A DNA stretch of 64,000 nucleotides from Halioglobus sp. (GTDB lineage Bacteria; Pseudomonadota; Gammaproteobacteria; Pseudomonadales; Halieaceae): positions 88-64,087 of the forward strand of contig JARFQU010000035.1 in assembly GCA_029287595.1 (NCBI GenBank), written 5' to 3'. The translations under genes and the position numbers were made by a program. Within the stretch, counting starts at the first letter, position 1. Each line of letters begins with the position of its first letter. Positions 41,922 through 52,657 of the stretch are shown here, one piece after another. Under the pieces are notes generated by a model that saw only the letters and a program-made list of their open reading frames with translations, had not been told where the DNA came from and did no database searches.

Positions 41922-43802
41922 ATGCTAAATAAGTACCCGCTGTGGAAATATCTGCTCGTACTCTTCGTTATCCTGTTGGGCGTGTTTTATGCGGCCCCCA
42001 ACCTGTACGCGCCTGACCCGGCCCTGCAGATAGCGGGCCAGAGCAGTGCGCAGATCATCGATGACCGGATTGTGGACAAGGCCCTGGAGGCCCTGGATGA
42101 AGCGGGCATAGAGCACTTTGGCGAGACTATCGAAGCCCAGGGGCGCAACGCCCTGGTGCGTTTGCGCGATAGCGAGCAGCAATTACAGGCGCAGGCACGA
42201 GTCTCCCGGGCACTGGGAGACGGTTTCATTGTCGCCCTCAACCTGGCACCCACGACCCCCGACTGGCTCAGCGATTACGGCGCGCAACCTATGAAGCTGG
42301 GCCTGGACCTCAGTGGCGGCGTGCATTTCAAGCTGGAAGTTGATGTGGATGCCGCGGCCGAGCGGCGCATGGAAAACTACTTCAACGGCATCAAGCGGGC
42401 CTTGCGGGAAGAGCGCATCCGGGGCTTCGTCACCATGAACGAGCAGGGCAAGCTGGAATCCCGTTTCCGCACCGAGGAACTGCGCGAGCAGGCCCGCGGT
42501 GTTATCGCCGATGCCTACCCGGAACTGGTGCTGGACAGGGTGGATGATGGCGACAGCTGGAACCTGCTGGCCGCCATGACGGAACAGACCCGCAAGGAGA
42601 TTGCCGACTACGCTGTGAGCCAGAACCTAACCACCTTGCGCAATCGGGTGAATGAACTGGGTGTGTCCGAGCCACTGGTGCAGCGCCAGGGCCAGAAACG
42701 TATCGTGGTGGAATTGCCGGGTATCCAGGACACGGCGGAAGCCAAGCGTATCCTGGGTAAGGTGGCTAACCTGGAGTTTCGACTGGTGGCCAACCTGGAT
42801 GCGGCGCCGTCGGAAAAGCAGCGCTTTGAATACCGCAGTGAGGACCGCGCGGGCAGGACCGAGTGGCTGGAGCGCGATGTGATCATCACCGGTGAGCGGG
42901 TTTCCAATGCCCAGGCCAGTTTCGACCAGAATGGTCAGCCCAACGTGCAGATCAGCCTGGATAGCGAGGGTGGCACCCTGATGTCCCGGGCAACGCGCAA
43001 CAATATCAAGCGGCGCATGGGCGTATTGTTTATCGAGCGCAAGTACCGCACCCGCTACGAGACTGGGGAAGATGGCAGCGAGGTGGTGGTGAAAGTCCCC
43101 TACGACGAGAAAAAATTGCTGACCGCCCCGGTCATCCAGTCAGCACTGGGTGCACAATTCCAGATTACCGGTCTGGACAGCCCGCTGGAATCCTCTGAAT
43201 TGGCGCTGATGCTGCGTGCCGGCGCCCTGGCAGCCCCGATCACCTTTGTGGAAGAACGTACCGTCGGTCCGTCCCTGGGTGCAGAAAATATTCGCATGGG
43301 GGTTAAATCGGTGCAGTACGGTCTGGCCCTGGTCGTGCTGTTCATGATCCTTTACTACCGCGTGTTTGGTGTGGCGGCCGTGGTTGCCCTGACTTTCAAC
43401 CTGGTGTTGCTGGTGTCCGTTATGTCGCTGATTGGTGCCACACTCACCTTGCCGGGTATAGCCGGTATCGTGTTGACAGTGGGTATGGCGGTAGATGCCA
43501 ATGTGCTGATTTTCTCGCGAATACGCGAGGAAGTGAGGGCGGGTCTATCGCCGCAAATGGCGATACATGCGGGCTTTGAGCGCGCCGTGGCTACCATTCT
43601 GGACGCCAACCTCACCACCCTGATTGTGGCCGTGATCCTTTACGCCGTGGGTACCGGACCGGTGAAAGGCTTTGCGGTGACGCTGTCGGTGGGTATTCTG
43701 ACCTCCATGTTTACCGCGATCATGGGCACCCGTGCCCTGGTCAACCTGATCTACGGCGGACGCCGGGTGCGAGCCCTGTCAATTGGAGGGCGCAAAGCAT
43801 GA
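41922..43802 (+). CDS. secD: Protein translocase subunit SecD
   Basis: MLNKYPLWKYLLVLFVILLG, a large periplasmic domain and a C-terminal six-TM bundle (GIAGIVLTVGMAVDANVLIFSRIREE). Confidence 0.96.
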   Translation: MLNKYPLWKYLLVLFVILLGVFYAAPNLYAPDPALQIAGQSSAQIIDDRIVDKALEALDEAGIEHFGETIEAQGRNALVRLRDSEQQLQAQARVSRALGDGFIVALNLAPTTPDWLSDYGAQPMKLGLDLSGGVHFKLEVDVDAAAERRMENYFNGIKRALREERIRGFVTMNEQGKLESRFRTEELREQARGVIADAYPELVLDRVDDGDSWNLLAAMTEQTRKEIADYAVSQNLTTLRNRVNELGVSEPLVQRQGQKRIVVELPGIQDTAEAKRILGKVANLEFRLVANLDAAPSEKQRFEYRSEDRAGRTEWLERDVIITGERVSNAQASFDQNGQPNVQISLDSEGGTLMSRATRNNIKRRMGVLFIERKYRTRYETGEDGSEVVVKVPYDEKKLLTAPVIQSALGAQFQITGLDSPLESSELALMLRAGALAAPITFVEERTVGPSLGAENIRMGVKSVQYGLALVVLFMILYYRVFGVAAVVALTFNLVLLVSVMSLIGATLTLPGIAGIVLTVGMAVDANVLIFSRIREEVRAGLSPQMAIHAGFERAVATILDANLTTLIVAVILYAVGTGPVKGFAVTLSVGILTSMFTAIMGTRALVNLIYGGRRVRALSIGGRKA

Positions 43803-44713
43803 AGGTGATCAATTTTATGGGTCGGCGTCGTATGGCCGCGCTGTTCTCCGTTATCCTGATCCTGGTTTCACTGGGTTCCCTGGCGACCCGGCAGCTCAAC
43901 TGGGGGCTGGATTTTACCGGTGGCACACTGGTGGAAGTGCATTATTCAGAGAGCGCCGATCTCAATGCCATTCGCGGGATTCTGGATAGCAGTGGCTACA
44001 GTGGCGCTATCGTGGTGAGCTTCGGCACAGATCGCGATGTGCTGATTCGCCTGCCAAAGGGTTACTCCGACAAGGAGGGCGCGGAACTACTGACCACCCT
44101 GCAGCAATCTTTTGCCGGGTCCGTGGAGTTGCGCCGTATCGAATTTGTGGGCCCACAGGTGGGTGACGAGTTGCGCGAGCAGGGTGGCCTGGCCATGCTG
44201 CTGGCTCTGGGCCTGGTGATGCTGTATATCGCTTTCCGTTTCCAGTTCAAGTTTGCCGTGGGTGCAGTCGTGGCCCTGGTGCACGATGTCATCATAACCC
44301 TGGGATTCTTTTCCCTCAGTGGCATGGAGTTTGACCTCACAGTCCTGGCAGCGCTGCTGGCGGTGATCGGTTACTCCCTCAATGACACCATTGTCGTGTC
44401 TGATCGTATTCGCGAGAATTTCCGCAAGATCCGTCGGGCGGAGCCTGTAGAGGTGATCAATATCTCGCTGACCGAGACCCTGGGCAGGACGCTGGTAACC
44501 TCCCTGACCACCTTGCTGGTGCTGGCGGCGTTGGCACTGTTTGGCGGGGAAATGATTAACGGTTTCGCTATCGCCCTGATTGTGGGCGTGGCGGTAGGAA
44601 CCTACTCGTCGATTTACGTGGCGGCCAATACCTTGCTGCTGATGGGCGTGAGCAAGGAAGACCTGATGATTCCGGTAAAAGAGGGCGGTGACCAGGAAGA
44701 CCTGACGCCCTGA
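43799..44713 (+). CDS. secF: Protein translocase subunit SecF
   Basis: NWGLDFTGGT and SLNDTIVVSDRIREN. A 4-bp overlap joins it to secD. Confidence 0.96.
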   Translation: MKVINFMGRRRMAALFSVILILVSLGSLATRQLNWGLDFTGGTLVEVHYSESADLNAIRGILDSSGYSGAIVVSFGTDRDVLIRLPKGYSDKEGAELLTTLQQSFAGSVELRRIEFVGPQVGDELREQGGLAMLLALGLVMLYIAFRFQFKFAVGAVVALVHDVIITLGFFSLSGMEFDLTVLAALLAVIGYSLNDTIVVSDRIRENFRKIRRAEPVEVINISLTETLGRTLVTSLTTLLVLAALALFGGEMINGFAIALIVGVAVGTYSSIYVAANTLLLMGVSKEDLMIPVKEGGDQEDLTP

Positions 44714-44741
44714 CGGGCAGCTTACACAGCTAATTACACAG

Positions 44742-45536
44742 CTATGCCAGTAGCGGTTTTACCACCTGCAGCACCGCTTTGAAACACTTGGGGTTGCCGC
44801 ACACAATATTGCCCGACTCCAGGTAGTTGTCAGACGCATCGATATCCGCCACCAGCCCGCCGGCCTCGCGTATCAGTAGTGCGCCAGCAGCGATATCCCA
44901 GGGTGCGAGCCCGATTTCCCAGAACGCGTCCAGGCGCCCCGCAGCCACATAGGCCAGATCCAACGACGCAGCACCGGCCCGGCGAATGCCGGCACATTGA
45001 CCCGCCAGTAAGGCCACCGACTTGCTGTAGGGTTCAAGCTTGTCATCACAGTGGTTCTTGAACGGTATGCCGGTGCCCAGCAAGGCACCGTCCAGGTTGG
45101 CCAGGCCACTGACGCGAATACGCCGGCCATTGAGTTGTGCCCCCCGCCCCCGGGAGGCGGTAAATTCCTCCCGGCGCACCGGGTCGATGATCACCGCGTG
45201 TTCCAGCTTACCCTTGTGCAGGCAGGCCAGGGATACGCCGTAGTGAGGGATGCCGCGAATAAAGTTGGTGGTGCCGTCGAGAGGGTCGATGATCCAGCGG
45301 TACTCCGCGTCCTCGTCACCGCTCAGGCCGGTCTCCTCGCCCTGTATGGCGTGGTCGGGAAAGGCTTTGTGCAGGTGATAGATGATGTCCTTCTCGGCAT
45401 TGATGTCCACTTCGGTAACGAAGTTATTCACGCCCTTGGCCTTGACTTCGAAACGATCGAGATCATCCGAGGCTCGCACGATATTCTCACCCGCTTTTCT
45501 GGCGGCGCGCAGCGCAATATTGATCATCGGTTCCAT
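44742..45536 (-). CDS. suhB: Inositol monophosphatase family protein SuhB
   Basis: MEPMINIALRAARKAG aligns with E. coli SuhB MHPMLNIAVRAARKAG. WIIDPLDGTTNF motif present. Confidence 0.93.
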   Translation of the reverse strand: MEPMINIALRAARKAGENIVRASDDLDRFEVKAKGVNNFVTEVDINAEKDIIYHLHKAFPDHAIQGEETGLSGDEDAEYRWIIDPLDGTTNFIRGIPHYGVSLACLHKGKLEHAVIIDPVRREEFTASRGRGAQLNGRRIRVSGLANLDGALLGTGIPFKNHCDDKLEPYSKSVALLAGQCAGIRRAGAASLDLAYVAAGRLDAFWEIGLAPWDIAAGALLIREAGGLVADIDASDNYLESGNIVCGNPKCFKAVLQVVKPLLA

Positions 45537-45682
45537 CTGGGTAGTCCTGGCTCTTCGTTGGGCGCGGGATTATAGCAGTATCGGGCAGGAGCAAGTAGCT
45601 TTGTATTGGTGATCCCGGGGCCGGGCTTACTCGCCCCCGCGTATGGAAAATCTGCTAGAATTGCCCGCCTTTTTCAGCTGTT

Positions 45683-46438
45683 GTGAGCAATATGGACCTG
45701 GATAACATCCGTATCGTACTGGTGAATACCAGCCACCCCGGGAATATCGGGGGGGTGGCCCGGGCCATGAAGAATATGGGGCTGTCGCGCCTTTACCTGG
45801 TGGAGCCAAGGCAGTTTCCTCACGAGGAAGCTGACTGGCGGGCGGCCTCGGCTGGCGACGTGCTGCAATCCGCGGTGGTCACACCGACCCTGGAGGAGGC
45901 TATTGGCGACTGCCAGTTCGTGGTGGGCACCAGTGCCAGGGAGCGTCGTATTCCCTGGCCGCTCCTGGATCCAAGACAGTGTGCCCAGCGCATGGCGAGC
46001 GCCTCAAGTCAGCAGCAGGTGGCGGTGCTGTTTGGCCGGGAGGATCGCGGCCTGACTAACGAAGAGCTGAAACTGTGTAACCTGCACCTTCATGTGCCGA
46101 CGTCCGAGGCCTACAGCTCCCTGAATCTGGCCATGGCGGTACAGATAGTCTGTTACGAGTTGCGCATGCTGCAGGCCCAGCCCGTACTGCCCCGGAGTGA
46201 GGACGACCAGTGGGACACGCCGTTTACCAGCGTGGAGAATATGGAACGGTTTTACGTTCACCTGGAGCAGACACTTACCGATATCGAATTTCTTGATCCG
46301 GCCGCGCCGCGGCAGTTGATGTCGCGCCTGCGCCGGCTATACAGCCGGGTGCGGCTGGATGAGATGGAACTCAATATTCTGCGCGGTATCCTGACCGAGA
46401 CGCAGAAGTGGGTCGCGCGGGCGAACAAGTCCAGATAG
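45683..46438 (+). CDS. trmJ: tRNA (cytidine/uridine-2'-O-)-methyltransferase TrmJ
   Basis: NIRIVLVNTSHPGNIGGVARAMKNMG aligns with the E. coli TrmJ N-terminus. SpoU knot SLNLAMAVQIV present. The start is GTG 45683 or ATG 45692. Confidence 0.9.
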   Translation: MSNMDLDNIRIVLVNTSHPGNIGGVARAMKNMGLSRLYLVEPRQFPHEEADWRAASAGDVLQSAVVTPTLEEAIGDCQFVVGTSARERRIPWPLLDPRQCAQRMASASSQQQVAVLFGREDRGLTNEELKLCNLHLHVPTSEAYSSLNLAMAVQIVCYELRMLQAQPVLPRSEDDQWDTPFTSVENMERFYVHLEQTLTDIEFLDPAAPRQLMSRLRRLYSRVRLDEMELNILRGILTETQKWVARANKSR

Positions 46439-46454
46439 TGCCCAGGTGGGGCCT

Positions 46455-46505
46455 ATTACCCGACAAAAATACTGGGATTTATAGTTGACTAAATTAGTGG
46501 GTTAT
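46455..46505 (+). promoter_or_regulatory. Two tandem IscR type-1-like operator sites in the isc promoter
   Basis: attacccgacaaaaatactgggattt and atagttgactaaattagtgggttat resemble the E. coli iscR promoter sites as I recall them (ATACCCGAC...; ATAGTTGACCAATTTACTCGGGAAT). They lie 36-86 nt upstream of the iscR ATG. Confidence 0.6.
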
Positions 46506-46540
46506 TGCATTCTGTAATCTTGTGAATACAGGGCAGAGTT

Positions 46541-47014
46541 ATGCGACTGACAACCAAAGGAAGATACGCGGTTACCGCTATGCTGGACCTCGCCTTACAC
46601 GGTGGCAACGGGCCGGTGAGCCTTGCGGATATCTCAGGGCGACAGGATATATCCCTGTCTTATCTGGAGCAATTATTTGCCAAGCTGCGGCGCAGGGAGC
46701 TGGTTAGCAGCGTACGCGGCCCGGGCGGTGGTTACCGGCTGAGTCGTGGTGGAGACCAGATTTTCGTGGCGCAGATCATCGATGCGGTGAATGAAGCGGT
46801 GGATGCCACCGGCTGTGGCGGTACCAGTGATTGCCAGCAGGGCCAGGTATGCCTGACCCACCACCTGTGGTGTGACCTGAGCGATCAGATACATGGTTTT
46901 CTCAGCCAGATCAGCCTGAGTAACCTGGTGGAGCGGCGTGAAGTACAGCATATTTCTGCGCGTCAGGACGCGCGCAGTGCACAGGAAGAAACCCTGGCTT
47001 TGACCCAGGTTTGA
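46541..47014 (+). CDS. iscR: Fe-S cluster assembly transcriptional regulator IscR
   Basis: Rrf2 [23 protein letters not shown] and a cluster-ligand region [19 protein letters not shown]. Confidence 0.95.
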   Translation: MRLTTKGRYAVTAMLDLALHGGNGPVSLADISGRQDISLSYLEQLFAKLRRRELVSSVRGPGGGYRLSRGGDQIFVAQIIDAVNEAVDATGCGGTSDCQQGQVCLTHHLWCDLSDQIHGFLSQISLSNLVERREVQHISARQDARSAQEETLALTQV

Positions 47015-47047
47015 CCCGGCATAAAGATACACGGAGTAATAAGCAGT

Positions 47048-48262
47048 ATGCAGAAACCGATTTATTTTGATTACCTGGCCACCACCCCGGCCGACCCCAG
47101 GGTTGTCGAGAAGATGGTGCATTGCCTGTCTATGGAGGGTAATTTCGGTAATCCCGCCTCACGCTCACATCTGTACGGCTGGAAAGCCGAGGAAGCAGTG
47201 GAAATTGCACGCCGCCAGGTGGCCGACCTGATCAATGCCGACCCCAGGGAAATCGTCTGGACTTCCGGCGCCACCGAATCGGATAACCTTGCCATCAAGG
47301 GTGTAGCGCACTTTTATCACAAGAAAGGCAAGCACATCATTACCTCTAAAATCGAGCACAAGGCGGTGCTGGATAGTTGTCGCCAGTTGGAGCGGGAAGG
47401 CTTTGAGGTCACTTACCTGGATCCGGGCAGTGATGGTCTGACCACGCCTGAGGCGATCGCATCAGCGTTGCGCGAAGACACTATCCTGGTCAGTATCATG
47501 CACGCCAATAACGAGATCGGCACCGTTAATGATATCGCCGGTATCGGTGAAGTAACACGCAACGCAGGCGTACTGTTTCATGTGGATGCGGCACAGAGCG
47601 CGGGCAAAATAGTGATTGATATGGAGCAGATGAAGGTCGATCTGTTATCCCTGTCAGGCCACAAAATGTACGGGCCCAAGGGTATTGGTGCGCTGTTCGT
47701 GCGCCGTAAGCCCCGGGTGCGCCTGGAAGCCCAGATGCACGGCGGCGGTCATGAGCGCGGCATGCGTTCGGGTACGCTCGCTACTCACCAGATTGTGGGT
47801 ATGGGCGAGGCGGCACATATCGCGAAAGAGGGCATGGCAGATGAGGCTTTGCGTTTGCAGAGCCTGCGCCAGCGCTTCTGGGATGGCATCAAGGATATCG
47901 AGGAAGTCCACGTCAACGGGGATATGGACCAACGCCTGCCGGGAGCGATCAATGTCAGCATCGCTTTTGTCGAAGGTGAATCCCTGATCATGTCGCTGAA
48001 GGATCTGGCGATCTCCAGCGGTTCGGCCTGCACCTCGGCCAGCCTGGAGCCTTCCTATGTGCTGCGTGCGCTGGGCCTGAACGACGAGCTGGCACACAGT
48101 TCACTGCGTTTCAGCTTCGGGCGTTTTACCACGGAAGACGATGTGGATGTGGCGGTAGCGCAATTGCGCACGGCGGTAGAAAAATTACGGGAGCTTTCGC
48201 CCCTGTGGGATATGTACAAGGATGGTGTCGATCTCGATACCATCGAATGGGCGGCGCATTAG
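47048..48262 (+). CDS. iscS: Cysteine desulfurase IscS
   Basis: [10 protein letters not shown] (PLP Lys), SSGSACTS (catalytic Cys) and the C-terminal [10 protein letters not shown]. Confidence 0.97.
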   Translation: MQKPIYFDYLATTPADPRVVEKMVHCLSMEGNFGNPASRSHLYGWKAEEAVEIARRQVADLINADPREIVWTSGATESDNLAIKGVAHFYHKKGKHIITSKIEHKAVLDSCRQLEREGFEVTYLDPGSDGLTTPEAIASALREDTILVSIMHANNEIGTVNDIAGIGEVTRNAGVLFHVDAAQSAGKIVIDMEQMKVDLLSLSGHKMYGPKGIGALFVRRKPRVRLEAQMHGGGHERGMRSGTLATHQIVGMGEAAHIAKEGMADEALRLQSLRQRFWDGIKDIEEVHVNGDMDQRLPGAINVSIAFVEGESLIMSLKDLAISSGSACTSASLEPSYVLRALGLNDELAHSSLRFSFGRFTTEDDVDVAVAQLRTAVEKLRELSPLWDMYKDGVDLDTIEWAAH

Positions 48263-48286
48263 GAAACAGGACTGAGGAATACCAAT

Positions 48287-48673
48287 ATGGCTTACAGCGA
48301 CAAGGTACTGGATCACTACGAAAATCCCCGCAATGTGGGAAAAATGGATGACAAGGACGACAGCGTGGGCACCGGTATGGTCGGTGCGCCCGCCTGTGGT
48401 GACGTTATGCGCCTGCAAATCAAGGTCGATGAAGATGGCATCATCGAGGACGCGAAGTTCAAGACCTACGGTTGCGGCTCTGCGATTGCCTCCAGCTCCC
48501 TGCTGACCGAATGGGTCAAGGGTAAGAACCTGGATGAGGCGGAGCAGATCAAGAACACCCAGATTGCCGAGGAGCTGGCCCTGCCGCCGGTGAAGATCCA
48601 CTGCTCGGTGCTGGCCGAAGACGCCATCAAGGCGGCGGTCAAGGATCTGCGCGAGAAGCGGAGCCAGGGTTGA
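48287..48673 (+). CDS. iscU: Fe-S cluster scaffold IscU
   Basis: [35 protein letters not shown]. Confidence 0.97.
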   Translation: MAYSDKVLDHYENPRNVGKMDDKDDSVGTGMVGAPACGDVMRLQIKVDEDGIIEDAKFKTYGCGSAIASSSLLTEWVKGKNLDEAEQIKNTQIAEELALPPVKIHCSVLAEDAIKAAVKDLREKRSQG

Positions 48674-48674
48674 T

Positions 48675-48998
48675 ATGGCAGTATCCATCACAGAATCTGC
48701 CGCGCGGCATGTGGCAGGGCAACTGGCCAGCCGCGGTAAAGGCCTGGGCATTCGCCTGGGGGTAACCACATCCGGTTGCTCGGGCATGGCCTATGTGCTG
48801 GAATTTGTTGATGAACAGTCCCCCGAAGACGAGGTATTCGAAAACCACGGTGTGAAGGTATTCATAGACCCCAAGAGCATGGTGTACCTGGATGGCACCG
48901 TACTGGACTTCGTGCGTGAGGGTCTCAATGAAGGGCTGCAGTTCAGGAATCCCAATGTATCAGCGGAATGTGGTTGCGGGGAGAGCTTCACCGTATAG
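48675..48998 (+). CDS. iscA: Iron-binding A-type carrier IscA
   Basis: 107 aa with GCSGMAY and the C-terminal CGCGESF. Confidence 0.95.
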   Translation: MAVSITESAARHVAGQLASRGKGLGIRLGVTTSGCSGMAYVLEFVDEQSPEDEVFENHGVKVFIDPKSMVYLDGTVLDFVREGLNEGLQFRNPNVSAECGCGESFTV

Positions 48999-49018
48999 CA
49001 CGCGGTGTATCGCCCGGC

Positions 49019-49561
49019 ATGGCAATTCCTGATTTCAAACAAAACTACTTTGAACTGTTTAACCTGCCCGTGCAATTTGCGCTGGATGGCGGCTTATTGG
49101 GCGAGCGTTACCGGCATCTACAGCAGGAGCTGCACCCCGATCGCTACGCCAGTACCTCGGCCCACGAACAGCGGGTTGCGGTGCAGTACTCATCCCTGGT
49201 CAATGAAGCCTATGCCACACTCAATAAATCCCTGTCGCGGGCCGTCTACCTGCTGCAACTGGCGGGTATGAGTCAGCAGCAGATAGCTGCTGAACCTGTA
49301 GACGGTGGCTTTCTGATAGAGCAGATGGAATTGCGCGAGAAACTGGAATCCATACACGACCTGGTCGACCCCGATGCCGTGCTGGATCACCTGGTGACGG
49401 AGATAGGCGCGGACATCAAGTCGCACCAGGCAGAATTTGCCGAAGCCTACAGCGTCCGGAATCTCGACGCGGCGGCAAGCGCCTGTGTAAAAATGCAGTA
49501 CCTGGAAAAGCTGTTGCAGGAAGCGGAACAGCTGGAGTCCGACCTGATGGATAAAAAGTAA
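49019..49561 (+). CDS. hscB: Fe-S co-chaperone HscB
   Basis: J-domain NYFELFNLP...[13 protein letters not shown] 49019 is chosen because the track's 48968 overlaps iscA. Confidence 0.92.
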   Translation: MAIPDFKQNYFELFNLPVQFALDGGLLGERYRHLQQELHPDRYASTSAHEQRVAVQYSSLVNEAYATLNKSLSRAVYLLQLAGMSQQQIAAEPVDGGFLIEQMELREKLESIHDLVDPDAVLDHLVTEIGADIKSHQAEFAEAYSVRNLDAAASACVKMQYLEKLLQEAEQLESDLMDKK

Positions 49562-51444
49562 TGGCCTTATTGCAAATTGCAGAGCCGGGACAGTCCCCGC
49601 TGCCCCACCAGGTAAAGCTCGCTGTGGGTATTGACCTGGGCACCACCAATTCACTGGTCGCCACTGTGCGCGGTGGTCGTGCCATGGTATTGCCCGATGA
49701 GCAGGGGGTGGCGATGTTGCCTTCCGTGGTCAATTATTCCGAACAGGGGACGGCCCTCGTCGGGCGCGGTGCCCAGGCGATGTCGGCAGACCACCCGTCG
49801 GATACCCTGGTATCGGTGAAACGCTTCATGGGCCGCGGCCGCGATGACGCTGCTGCAGAGGCAAGCCGCGCCCACTACCAGCTCGCGGAAGATGACGAGG
49901 GTATGGTGCGTTTTGTGACCAGCTCCGGCGAAATCAGTCCGGTGCAGGCTTCCGCGGAGATTCTGAAGCTATTGCACCGGCGCGCGGTTGATACCCTGGG
50001 CAACGAGCTGGATGGCGCGGTGATCACGGTGCCTGCGTATTTTGATGAGGCTCAGCGCCAGACAACCAAGGACGCCGCGACCCTGGCGGGACTCAAGGTG
50101 CTGCGGCTGCTCAACGAACCCACAGCCGCGGCGGTAGCCTACGGCCTGGATTCTGCCGAAAGGGGTGTTATCGCAGTGTATGACCTGGGCGGCGGCACTT
50201 TCGATATTTCCATACTGCGTTTGCACCAGGGTGTTTTTGAAGTACTGGCCACCGGCGGCGATACCGCACTGGGTGGGGACGACTTCGATGCCGCCATCGC
50301 AGACTGGGTGTTACAGCAAAGCGACACGGAAACCCCGCAGCCGGGCCAGTATCGTAAGCTACAGGGCCGCGCCCGGGCGGCGAAAGAGCAGCTGTCCAGT
50401 GACACCAGTGCGACCATTTCCCTGGACGGCCTGACGCCAGCCGGCGGAGCTGTGGCACTGACCAGGGAGTGCTTTGAAGCGCTTATCCAGCCACTGGTAA
50501 AGCAGACCCTGCGGGCCTGCCGCCGCTGCCTGCGCGATGCGCAGCTGGATGACGCGGTGGACAATGTGGTGATGGTGGGCGGCTCCACCCGGGTGCCGCT
50601 GGTGCGCGAGGCGGTGTCGGAGTTCTTCGAACGCGAGCCGCTACTGGACATAGACCCGGACCAGGTGGTCGCGGTGGGTGCGGCCATACAAGCGGATATC
50701 CTGGTGGGTAATCGCCCCGAGGGCGACCTGCTGCTACTCGATGTTATTCCCCTGTCCCTGGGTTTGGAAACCATGGGCGGCCTGGTGGAAAAAATTATTC
50801 CTCGCAACACCACTATCCCGGTCACCAGGGCCCAGGAATTTACCACCTTCAAAGATGGCCAGACAGCCCTGGCGGTGCATATCGTCCAGGGTGAGCGCGA
50901 ACTGGTCGCTGATTCGCGCTCTTTGGCCCGCTTCGAATTACGCGGCATACCTCCCATGGTGGCAGGTGCGGCGCGCATCCAGGTGACTTTTCAGGTGGAT
51001 GCCGATGGTTTGCTCAATGTATCGGCCCGGGAGCAGGCCACCGGGGCGCAGAGTTCGGTGACGGTCAAGCCGTCTTTCGGACTCAGTGACGACCAGATCA
51101 GTGGGATGCTGCAGGCCTCCTTCAGCCATGCGCAAGAGGATAAGCAGGCGCGGCAACTGGCGGAACAGCGCCTCGAGGCGGAACAATTACTGGAAGGCCT
51201 GGAAAACGCCCTGGCTGCCGATGGCGATGCGCTGCTGACACCGGTGGAATGTGCCGAATTGCATGCGGAGATGAAGCGACTGCAAGAAACCCTGGATGAT
51301 GGCGAACTCAGTGCGCTTCGCTTGCAGACCGAGCAAGTGGGCCGCGCCAGTGAGGCTTTTGCCGCGCGTCGCATGGACAATAGTATTCATCGGGCCCTGG
51401 CGGGGGTCTCGCTGGAAGCACTCGAAGACGGGGAAAGGAAATGA
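49561..51444 (+). CDS. hscA: Fe-S chaperone HscA (Hsp70 family)
   Basis: [31 protein letters not shown]. Confidence 0.96.
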   Translation: MALLQIAEPGQSPLPHQVKLAVGIDLGTTNSLVATVRGGRAMVLPDEQGVAMLPSVVNYSEQGTALVGRGAQAMSADHPSDTLVSVKRFMGRGRDDAAAEASRAHYQLAEDDEGMVRFVTSSGEISPVQASAEILKLLHRRAVDTLGNELDGAVITVPAYFDEAQRQTTKDAATLAGLKVLRLLNEPTAAAVAYGLDSAERGVIAVYDLGGGTFDISILRLHQGVFEVLATGGDTALGGDDFDAAIADWVLQQSDTETPQPGQYRKLQGRARAAKEQLSSDTSATISLDGLTPAGGAVALTRECFEALIQPLVKQTLRACRRCLRDAQLDDAVDNVVMVGGSTRVPLVREAVSEFFEREPLLDIDPDQVVAVGAAIQADILVGNRPEGDLLLLDVIPLSLGLETMGGLVEKIIPRNTTIPVTRAQEFTTFKDGQTALAVHIVQGERELVADSRSLARFELRGIPPMVAGAARIQVTFQVDADGLLNVSAREQATGAQSSVTVKPSFGLSDDQISGMLQASFSHAQEDKQARQLAEQRLEAEQLLEGLENALAADGDALLTPVECAELHAEMKRLQETLDDGELSALRLQTEQVGRASEAFAARRMDNSIHRALAGVSLEALEDGERK

Positions 51445-51779
51445 CACAGATTGTGGTATTGCCCAATGAGAGCCTGTGCCCGGATGGGGCGGTGGTTGAG
51501 GCGGAGCCCGGGGAAAGTATTTGCCGCGCCCTGTTGCGCAATCATATCGAAATCGAACATGCCTGTGAGATGTCATGTGCCTGTACCACCTGTCATGTGA
51601 TCGTTCGCGAGGGCTACGACTCGATGGAAGAGCCGGACGAGCTCGAAGACGACTACCTGGACAAGGCCTGGGGGCTGGAGCCGGACTCCCGCCTGAGTTG
51701 CCAGTCGATTGTGGCCGAGGAAGACCTGGTGGTGGAGATTCCCCGCTACACTATCAATATGGTATCTGAACGGCACTGA
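51441..51779 (+). CDS. fdx: ISC-system [2Fe-2S] ferredoxin
   Basis: [11 protein letters not shown] plus a downstream LSCQ Cys. 112 aa, with a 4-bp overlap with hscA. Confidence 0.95.
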   Translation: MTQIVVLPNESLCPDGAVVEAEPGESICRALLRNHIEIEHACEMSCACTTCHVIVREGYDSMEEPDELEDDYLDKAWGLEPDSRLSCQSIVAEEDLVVEIPRYTINMVSERH

Positions 51780-51792
51780 CCGGGAGCGTAAT

Positions 51793-51987
51793 ATGCTGTG
51801 GACCGATATTAACGATATTGCTGTCGAGTTACTCGAGGCCCACCCGGATGTAGACCCCCTGGCGATCAACTTTGTCGACCTGAGGGCCTGGGTGATGGCA
51901 CTGCCTGAATTCGAAGACGACCCCAATCACTGCGGTGAAAAGATCCTCGAGGCCATCCAGGCCGCGTGGATCGAAGAACTGGATTAA
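51793..51987 (+). CDS. iscX: Fe-S assembly protein IscX
   Basis: 64 aa MLWTDINDIAVELLEAHPDVDPLAINFVDLRAWV..., in the conserved position after fdx. Confidence 0.9.
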   Translation: MLWTDINDIAVELLEAHPDVDPLAINFVDLRAWVMALPEFEDDPNHCGEKILEAIQAAWIEELD

Positions 51988-52149
51988 GCCTGCTGCCCGC
52001 CGAGCTGAGCAGGCCGCGCAACCAGCAAATCGACGGCGCCCAGGTCCCGGGATACGCGCCCCGAATCCGAAATATTCCCTATTTCCACCAGGGTTTTGTA
52101 AGCCTCTGATTTCAAAAGAAAAGAATATCGGCTGCGCGGGGGTTTCAGG

Positions 52150-52178
52150 GTGAAAGAACAGCGCAAAATCCGTATAAT
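52150..52178 (+). promoter_or_regulatory. Candidate ndk promoter
   Basis: GTGAAA-17 nt-TATAAT, with the -10 ending 38 nt upstream of the ndk ATG. Confidence 0.4.
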
Positions 52179-52216
52179 TGCGCGCTTCTCGTAAATTCAC
52201 TTATTGGAGATCTCCC

Positions 52217-52642
52217 ATGGCGGTAGAACGCACTCTGTCCATCATCAAGCCCGACGCCGTAGGCAAGAACATTATCGGCAAAATCTATTCCCGGTTTGAA
52301 ACCAACGGCCTGCAGATCGTGGCCTCCCGCATGTTGCGCTTGAGCGATGAAGTGGCCGGCGGCTTTTACGCTGAGCATCGCGAGCGCCCCTTCTTTCCCG
52401 CGCTGATCGAGTTCATGACCTCCGGTCCGGTGGTAGTGCAGGTGCTGGAAGGTGAGGGCGCCATAGCCAAAAACCGCGACCTGATGGGCGCCACCAACCC
52501 TCAGGAAGCTGCCGAGGGTACCATTCGCGCGGATTTTGCCTCCTCCATCGATGCCAATGCGGTACACGGTTCCGATTCACCGGAATCAGCGGCCCGCGAG
52601 ATCGCCTACTTCTTCGCCGCCAGCGAGTTGTGCGAGCGCTAG
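52217..52642 (+). CDS. ndk: Nucleoside diphosphate kinase
   Basis: [15 protein letters not shown] and NAVHGSDS (active-site His). GGAGA lies 6 nt upstream. Confidence 0.96.
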   Translation: MAVERTLSIIKPDAVGKNIIGKIYSRFETNGLQIVASRMLRLSDEVAGGFYAEHRERPFFPALIEFMTSGPVVVQVLEGEGAIAKNRDLMGATNPQEAAEGTIRADFASSIDANAVHGSDSPESAAREIAYFFAASELCER

Positions 52643-52657
52643 GCGCGCGTCCAGCCT

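Noticed and set aside
44722-44744. Direct repeat ttacacagcta / ttacacagcta in the 28-bp secF-suhB convergent spacer, the second copy covering the suhB stop.
   Set aside because: It is only 11 bp in two copies, with no associated structure or coding consequence. It is likely a trivial slippage duplication.
51988-52149. GCCTGCT-N13-AGCAGGC hairpin after iscX and short ORFs in the iscX-ndk spacer (51935..52153 +, 51984..52166 -, 51829..52200 -).
   Set aside because: The hairpin lacks a U-tract and is only a weak terminator candidate. The ORFs overlap each other, lack an RBS, and have shadow-frame composition.
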